NCBI GenBank assembly: GCA_963674695.2 | Contig: CAXXGI010000003.1 | Span: forward strand, 992,001 to 1,056,000 | Length of the DNA: 64,000 bases | Direction of reading: 5' to 3' | DNA from: a bacterium | Lineage (GTDB): Bacteria > UBA10199 > 2-02-FULL-44-16 > JAAZCA01 | Part shown: in pieces, positions 58,605 through 64,000 of the stretch | Numbering within the stretch: the first letter of the stretch is position 1 | Layout of the letters: every line of letters starts with the position of its first letter | The notes under the pieces: model-generated | Database searches by the model: none | The model's input: only the letters and a program-made list of their open reading frames with translations | What the model was told of the DNA's origin: nothing | Position numbers and translations under genes: made by a program

Positions 58605-58804
58605 ATCGCTGCGCACGGGGAGGGGGTGTGTGCATGGCGACGTTATGACCGGAGCCGTATGACGAACAAAAAGAGCGACTGGGTTCGCGAATTGCGAGCC
58701 GAAAACGAAGGATCCGCAATTCGCGTTTTTGAACCCAGCGCTCTTTTCGTGAGGAATAGGCGGAGGGAAGGCGCAGCACACACCCCCTCCCCGTGCGCAG
58801 CGAT
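58605..58804. repeat. 200-nt nested inverted repeat with perfect 29-bp outer arms
   Basis: atcgctgcgcacggggagggggtgtgtgc / gcacacaccccctccccgtgcgcagcgat, plus inner stems. Confidence 0.85.
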
Positions 58805-58916
58805 GCCGTGCAGGGCGTGCAAGCGGAGCGGACGCGCACAGATGAGGCCTGCCAACCGCTTGAATCTCTTGCTGATCTCCAACTCTTCCGCGGTAATTCA
58901 CCAGCCGAGGAACACC

Positions 58917-58946
58917 TTGACAGATGCCGTGTTCGGCCCGTAGAGT
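58917..58946 (+). promoter_or_regulatory. sigma70-like promoter of hypF (TTGACA-N18-TAGAGT)
   Basis: ATG 8 nt downstream, no SD sequence. Confidence 0.5.
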
Positions 58947-58954
58947 CGCGCCCC

Positions 58955-61330
58955 ATGAGCATTTGCGGCCGAAACCAGATTGTTGTCACGGGCACCGTCC
59001 AGGGGGTCGGGTTTCGTCCGTTTATCGCGCGGACCGCAACGACACTTGGGCTCGCAGGCTTTGTGACCAACACCCCTGAGGGCGTGCAGATCGAGGTTCA
59101 GGGGCCACCTGAACGGCTGGAGGCATTCCTCGAAGCGCTGCGCCAATCGCCGCCGCCGCTGGCGCGCATCCAATCGATCGAGAGCAAATCGATTGCGATC
59201 CTCGACGAAGCGAGTTTCGTCATCGCCCCCAGCCGATCCGGAGCGGGGACCACCACGATGATCTCGCCCGACATTGCCCCGTGCGCCGCCTGTGCCGCCG
59301 AACTGCTCGACCCGCAGGATCGACGCCATCGCTACCCCTTCATCAACTGCACCGATTGCGGCCCGCGCTATTCCATCATCCAGGGCCTGCCCTATGACCG
59401 CCCGCAGACGACCATGAAGCCCTTTGCGATGTGCGAGGCCTGCGCGACCGAATATGCCGACCCGACCGATCGTCGGTTTCACGCGCAGCCGGATGCGTGT
59501 GAGACGTGTGGACCGAAGATCTCCTTCGTGGTCTCGCAAGATCGTGGTCTCGTGGTCTCGCACGACCCCCTTCATGATACCATCGCAGCGCTCGACGAAG
59601 GAGCGATCGTTGCGATCAAGGGGGTGGGCGGTTTTCACCTGGCCTGTGATGCACAGAGCGATGCGGCTGTATGCGAACTGCGTCGCCGCAAACGGCGGGA
59701 TGAGAAGCCCTTCGCCCTGATGGTGAAAGACCTCGATGCCGCACGCGCCATTTGTCACGTCGATGAAACCGAGGCGCAACTGCTGACATCGCCCGAGCGA
59801 CCGATTGTCCTGCTGCGCAAACGCGACGCCATCCCGGTCGCGCAATCGGTCGCGCCCGGCAACCAGAGACTCGGCGTCATGCTTCCCTCCTCCCCCCTGC
59901 ATCACCTGCTTTTTCACGGGTCACGAGTTACGAGTTACGAGTCACGGATTTTCGTCATGACCAGCGCCAACATCTCCGATGAGCCGATCGTTCACACCAA
60001 CGATGAGGCGTGCAGCAAACTGGCCGACATCGCCGATGCGTTTCTCATGCACGACCGCGACATCCACGTCCGCATCGACGATTCGATCGCGCGCACGATG
60101 AATGGCCGTGCCCTCCTGATGCGTCGCGCACGCGGGTTCGTCCCCGCGCCCATACGGATGAAACGCCCGATGCCGCCGATCCTCGCCACCGGCGCCGATC
60201 TCAAGGGGGCCATCTGCGTCACGCGCGGCCACAACGCGATCCTCTCGCAACACCTGGGCGACCTACAAAACGCCGAGGCCCATCGCGGATTCGAAGAAAC
60301 GGTGGAGCACCTCACCACGCTCTTCGCGGTCCGTCCGGAGATCATCGCCTGCGACCTGCACCCCGATTATTTCAGCACCCGCTTCGCTGAAACGATCTCA
60401 CGCTCTCTCGATCTTACGAAACCACGAGACCACGAGACCACGATCTCACGAGTACAACACCACCACGCCCATATCGCCAGCTGCATGGCGGAGAACGATC
60501 TGCCCAACGAACCGGTCATCGGAATCGCGCTCGATGGCACCGGTTTTGGCACCGATGGCACCATCTGGGGGGGCGAGCTGCTCATCGCCGACTACGAGGG
60601 GTTCACCCGCGCAGCGCGTTTCAAACCCGTGCCGATGCCGGGCGGCGATGCCGCTGCACGCGAACCCTGGCGCATGGCGCTGGCGTACCTTCGGACCACG
60701 GACCATGGACCATGGACCAAAAACCAAAACCTCTTCCCATCGGTTCCGCGGGAGAAGATCGACCTCGTTCGACAGGTGCTCGAGAAACGCATCAACTGCC
60801 CGATGACGTCGAGCTGCGGACGACTTTTCGATGCGATAGCCGCGCTCATCGGCCTGCGCACCGTGAACACGTTCGAGGGACAGGCCGCCATGGAGCTGGA
60901 ACAAATTGCCGCGGATCATTGTGATGAAGCATACCCGTATACGATTGAGACACGAGACTCGAGACACGAGACTCGAGACCACCCCCCTCTTCAGATAGGC
61001 TTTGAGAGAATGATCGAGCAGATCGTCAATGACGCGGTCGCAGGCATATCGCCATCGATCATCAGCGCCCGCTTCCACAACACCCTCATCGAGACCATCT
61101 CCGACGCTTGTCGCCGTATCCGTTCACGGTTCACGGTTCACGGTTCACGAGTGTGCCTCTCCGGCGGCTGTTTTCAAAACGCGTGCCTTGCGGAGGGACT
61201 CAAGAAAAAGCTTGTGGATCAAGGATTTACCGTCTATACGCATGCGCTCGTTCCGCCCAATGACGGCGGCATCGCCCTGGGCCAGACCATCGTCGCGGCC
61301 CACCGGGCAGAGAGGCAGCAACGACCATGA
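58955..61330 (+). CDS. hypF: carbamoyltransferase HypF, carrying six in-frame microrepeat tracts
   Basis: GTVQGVGFRPF, two CxxC zinc fingers, KGVGGFHL, CDLHPDY, QHHHAH, DGTG, SSCGRLFD, PPNDGGIALGQ. Confidence 0.95.
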   Translation: MSICGRNQIVVTGTVQGVGFRPFIARTATTLGLAGFVTNTPEGVQIEVQGPPERLEAFLEALRQSPPPLARIQSIESKSIAILDEASFVIAPSRSGAGTTTMISPDIAPCAACAAELLDPQDRRHRYPFINCTDCGPRYSIIQGLPYDRPQTTMKPFAMCEACATEYADPTDRRFHAQPDACETCGPKISFVVSQDRGLVVSHDPLHDTIAALDEGAIVAIKGVGGFHLACDAQSDAAVCELRRRKRRDEKPFALMVKDLDAARAICHVDETEAQLLTSPERPIVLLRKRDAIPVAQSVAPGNQRLGVMLPSSPLHHLLFHGSRVTSYESRIFVMTSANISDEPIVHTNDEACSKLADIADAFLMHDRDIHVRIDDSIARTMNGRALLMRRARGFVPAPIRMKRPMPPILATGADLKGAICVTRGHNAILSQHLGDLQNAEAHRGFEETVEHLTTLFAVRPEIIACDLHPDYFSTRFAETISRSLDLTKPRDHETTISRVQHHHAHIASCMAENDLPNEPVIGIALDGTGFGTDGTIWGGELLIADYEGFTRAARFKPVPMPGGDAAAREPWRMALAYLRTTDHGPWTKNQNLFPSVPREKIDLVRQVLEKRINCPMTSSCGRLFDAIAALIGLRTVNTFEGQAAMELEQIAADHCDEAYPYTIETRDSRHETRDHPPLQIGFERMIEQIVNDAVAGISPSIISARFHNTLIETISDACRRIRSRFTVHGSRVCLSGGCFQNACLAEGLKKKLVDQGFTVYTHALVPPNDGGIALGQTIVAAHRAERQQRP

Positions 61331-61800
61331 TACATCCCGGATTGATCATGCTGCTCATCATCGCCATCACCCTCATCATTGCCCCCTACGCCATGGCCTG
61401 GCGATTGGGTCGGCTGGGAAGGGCGATGCAGAAGAACACACCGGTGGCGACCACTCCGGTTCGATTTCAGTCCTGGGTGACGGTGAAGGGAAACCGGGCG
61501 CTCACGCGGCAGAGCATCATCTGTCACATGATGCTTGTTGGAGAGACGCTTTCGTTCCGCCTCTTGTGGGGACCGCCCCGCACGCTACCACTGACCGCGT
61601 GCGTGCGCGCCGAAATCCTGACACGCGGCAAACGAGCGACGACCCTGCGCCTCGTCCCGCGCCATCCCGATGATCTCGACACGCTCACCATCTCCGGCAT
61701 CATCGATCTCCCGAAACTGGGCGAAATACTTCAGGCGGCGAACATCGACGTACAGCAGATGGCCGACGACCGCGGCGCACTGGACCTCATTCGAAACTGA
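61327..61800 (+). CDS. hypothetical membrane-anchored protein
   Basis: ATGA overlap with hypF; N-terminal TM helix. Confidence 0.65.
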   Translation: MIHPGLIMLLIIAITLIIAPYAMAWRLGRLGRAMQKNTPVATTPVRFQSWVTVKGNRALTRQSIICHMMLVGETLSFRLLWGPPRTLPLTACVRAEILTRGKRATTLRLVPRHPDDLDTLTISGIIDLPKLGEILQAANIDVQQMADDRGALDLIRN

Positions 61801-61815
61801 AATTAGGAGTGAATT

Positions 61816-62046
61816 ATGTGCCTGGCCGTACCCATGCAGATCACTGAAATCTCCGGCGACACGGCAACCGTGAACGTCTCGGGACTGAGCCAGTCGGCAA
61901 ACGTCTCGCTCATCGACACCCCTGCCATCGGCGATTACGTCCTCATCCATGCGGGATTTGCCATCCAACGCATCGATGAAGACGAGGCGTTCAAGACGGC
62001 CGAGTTGCTCAATAAGATGGCCTCATTCGTAAACGGTGAACAGTAA
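61816..62046 (+). CDS. hypC: hydrogenase maturation chaperone
   Basis: MCLAVP, GDYVLIHAGFAI. Confidence 0.95.
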   Translation: MCLAVPMQITEISGDTATVNVSGLSQSANVSLIDTPAIGDYVLIHAGFAIQRIDEDEAFKTAELLNKMASFVNGEQ

Positions 62047-62112
62047 ACAGTTCACGGTTCACAGTTCACGGTTCACGGTTCACAGTTCACGGTTCACAGT
62101 TCACGGTTCACA
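62028..62112. repeat. 7-mer tandem repeat (GTTCACR) x9, preceded by degenerate reverse-complement units
   Basis: Units span 62050..62112, ending just before the hypD ATG. Confidence 0.95.
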
Positions 62113-62113
62113 T

Positions 62114-63199
62114 ATGAAATACATCACCGAATATCGCGACCGCAATCACGCCAAGGCCCTGGTCGAAGCGATTGCGCGCGCGGCGAATGATCGTCCCATG
62201 ACCTTCATGGAGGTCTGCGGCACGCACACGATGTCGCTCGGGCGCTTCGGCATCCGCGAATTGCTTCCGGAAAACATCCGGCTGATCTCGGGGCCGGGCT
62301 GCCCCGTATGCGTCACCCCCAACGCCTATCTCGACCATGCCATCGCGCTGGCGCGCCAGCCAAAGACGACCATCTGCACCTTCGGCGACATGATGCGCGT
62401 GCCCGGCTCCACCTCGAGCCTCGAAAAGGAGCGAAGCCAAGGGGCGGACATCCGTATCGTCTTCTCGACGCTCGATGCGCTGGCCATTGCGCGCGAACAT
62501 CCCGATCGACAGATCGTCTTCCTCGGCGTCGGATTCGAAACGACCGCCCCCACGGTCGCCACGGCGATCAAGACGGCCGCCAACGAGAGGATCCCCAACT
62601 TCTCCGTCCTGTGCGCGCACAAGCTGGTCATGCCGGCACTCGAAGCGCTGCTGGCCGGAGAGGTTCAGCTCGACGGTTTTCTCCTTCCGGGACATGTGAG
62701 CGCCATCATCGGCGCGAAGGCCTACCGTCCACTTCTCTCACGCCACCGTATCGCCGGCGCCATCGCCGGTTTTGAACCGACCGACATCCTCGAAGCCCTC
62801 TTCGAGCTGATTGGGCAGATCACCCATGACGATCCGAAGCTGACGACCGCATACGTGCGCGCCGTCACCGAGGAGGGCAACCAGCGCGCACGTGCCCTGA
62901 TGGAGGAGATCTTCGAACCAACCGATGCCGAATGGCGCGGCCTGGGAACGATTCCCGCAAGTGGCCTAAACATCCGAAAACGTTATTCATCCTTCGATGC
63001 GGCAGAGCGTTTCACGATCGAAGTCGAACCGATGCGCGAACCGAAGGGGTGCCGCTGCGGCGAGATCCTGCAGGGCCGAATTGCGCCAACAGACTGCCCC
63101 CTCTTTGGAAAGAATTGCACGCCGACGCATCCGGTGGGTGCCTGCATGGTCTCCAGCGAAGGAACGTGTGCGGCGTATTATAAATACCGTGACGCGTAA
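62114..63199 (+). CDS. hypD: hydrogenase maturation protein HypD
   Basis: MEVCGTH, GPGCPVC, GFETT, PGHVS, CMVSSEGTC. Confidence 0.96.
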   Translation: MKYITEYRDRNHAKALVEAIARAANDRPMTFMEVCGTHTMSLGRFGIRELLPENIRLISGPGCPVCVTPNAYLDHAIALARQPKTTICTFGDMMRVPGSTSSLEKERSQGADIRIVFSTLDALAIAREHPDRQIVFLGVGFETTAPTVATAIKTAANERIPNFSVLCAHKLVMPALEALLAGEVQLDGFLLPGHVSAIIGAKAYRPLLSRHRIAGAIAGFEPTDILEALFELIGQITHDDPKLTTAYVRAVTEEGNQRARALMEEIFEPTDAEWRGLGTIPASGLNIRKRYSSFDAAERFTIEVEPMREPKGCRCGEILQGRIAPTDCPLFGKNCTPTHPVGACMVSSEGTCAAYYKYRDA

Positions 63200-63221
63200 C
63201 TCGTGACTCGTGACTCGTGAC
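63188..63221. repeat. 7-mer tract (CGTRACT) at the hypD stop codon
   Basis: cgtgacgcgtaactcgtgactcgtgactcgtgac. Confidence 0.85.
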
Positions 63222-63274
63222 ATGAAAGGACGTAAATCACACGGGCGACAATCGAAACATCAACCCTGCCATTT

Positions 63275-63434
63275 TACCGCCATAGCAGTAATTATAGCCA
63301 TTCCCATCGACACATTCCCACTTTCCATCGAAAAATAGAAATATTTACTGCTGTAGCAGTATTTTATGTTGAACACCTCATACATAAGGCGTAGACTTAC
63401 GATATACACAGATATTTTTACTGCTATCGCGGCA
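63275..63434. promoter_or_regulatory. three 16-bp palindromic operator candidates
   Basis: taccgccatagcagta (63275), tactgctgtagcagta (63346), tactgctatcgcggca (63419). Confidence 0.65.
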
Positions 63435-63442
63435 AAAAAGGA

Positions 63443-63676
63443 ATGATTATGGGTAGATCTCTCGCACATCTCATACGGTCTCATCGGAAAAAGAGCGGTC
63501 TCACACAAGCCCAACTCGCAACGATGGCCGGGGTCGGCAAGACCGTCGTCTTTGATGTCGAACATGGCAAGAAGACGATCATATTCGCGACGATTCAGAA
63601 GATGCTCAAGGTCCTCAACATTCACCTCATCGCCCAGAGCCCGCTCGAGGGAAACGTCACCATTGAGGAGATCTGA
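63443..63676 (+). CDS. HipB-like XRE helix-turn-helix antitoxin
   Basis: RKKSGLTQAQLATMAGVGKTVVFDVEHGK; upstream of a HipA-N gene. Confidence 0.85.
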   Translation: MIMGRSLAHLIRSHRKKSGLTQAQLATMAGVGKTVVFDVEHGKKTIIFATIQKMLKVLNIHLIAQSPLEGNVTIEEI

Positions 63677-63677
63677 C

Positions 63678-63986
63678 ATGAAAAAGGCTGCCATTTTCTT
63701 TCAGGCAATCAGAGCGGGGACGTTGGAGCAACGCGACGACGGTTCATGTCGCTTCTCCTACGAACCGTCGTATGAAGGCCAACCGATCTCACTGACGATG
63801 CCAACAGCACAGGCCCACTACGACTTCGACGCCTTCCCCCCCTTCTTCGAAGGCCTCCTCCCCGAGGGAATACAACTCGAGGCCCTGCTCAAACAACGGA
63901 AGATCGATCGCAACGACCCCTTCTCCCAGCTCGTCGCGGTAGGCGCAGATCTCGTGGGAGCTGTCACGGTCGAGGAGATCGCATGA
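63678..63986 (+). CDS. HipA N-terminal domain protein
   Basis: AGTL, FSY, PISLTMP, PPFFEGLLPEG, DLVGAV. Confidence 0.88.
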   Translation: MKKAAIFFQAIRAGTLEQRDDGSCRFSYEPSYEGQPISLTMPTAQAHYDFDAFPPFFEGLLPEGIQLEALLKQRKIDRNDPFSQLVAVGADLVGAVTVEEIA

Positions 63987-64000
63987 GACGCTGTCCGATC
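63983..64000 (+). CDS. probable start of a HipA-family kinase (truncated by the window)
   Basis: ATGA overlap, MRRCPI; inferred from context. Confidence 0.55.

Noticed and set aside
58793-58954. N-terminal extensions in the ORF track (hypF 58793, ppiC-like 7181, pgm 10253, rnfD 52991, rnfB 55374, protease 50117)
   Set aside because: They run through repeats, promoters or upstream genes; downstream starts fit the RBS or family N-terminus better

Overview
GC-rich bacterial chromosomal window. The mfd-ppiC-surA-pdxA order suggests a deltaproteobacterial-type organism (inference). Housekeeping genes (mfd, surA, pdxA, pgm, uvrA, arcC, tRNA-Leu, PBP1A, cyclophilin, HDAC-family, argR-argG-argH, proB-proA) are interleaved with an energy module: a group 3b [NiFe] hydrogenase operon, a maturation protease, hypA/F/C/D, and apbE-rnfEABCDG. 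There are also several large orphan surface or effector-like genes, and a hipB/hipA-type toxin-antitoxin locus at the right edge. The most striking signal is a set of 7- and 8-nt tandem microrepeats of several unit types. They fill many gene junctions, often as a forward tract followed by a reverse-complement tract, and occur six times in frame inside hypF. Other unexplained items: a thrice-repeated ~90-nt hairpin with compensatory base changes, a sigma28-like promoter motif upstream of orphan genes, two ApbE paralogues lacking catalytic motifs, a discoidin-GATase lipoprotein, a JAB-like C-terminal domain, and a gene flanked by identical 33-bp terminators. No CRISPR array, rRNA or intact transposase was seen. 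All calls come from reading motifs by eye; no database searches were run.
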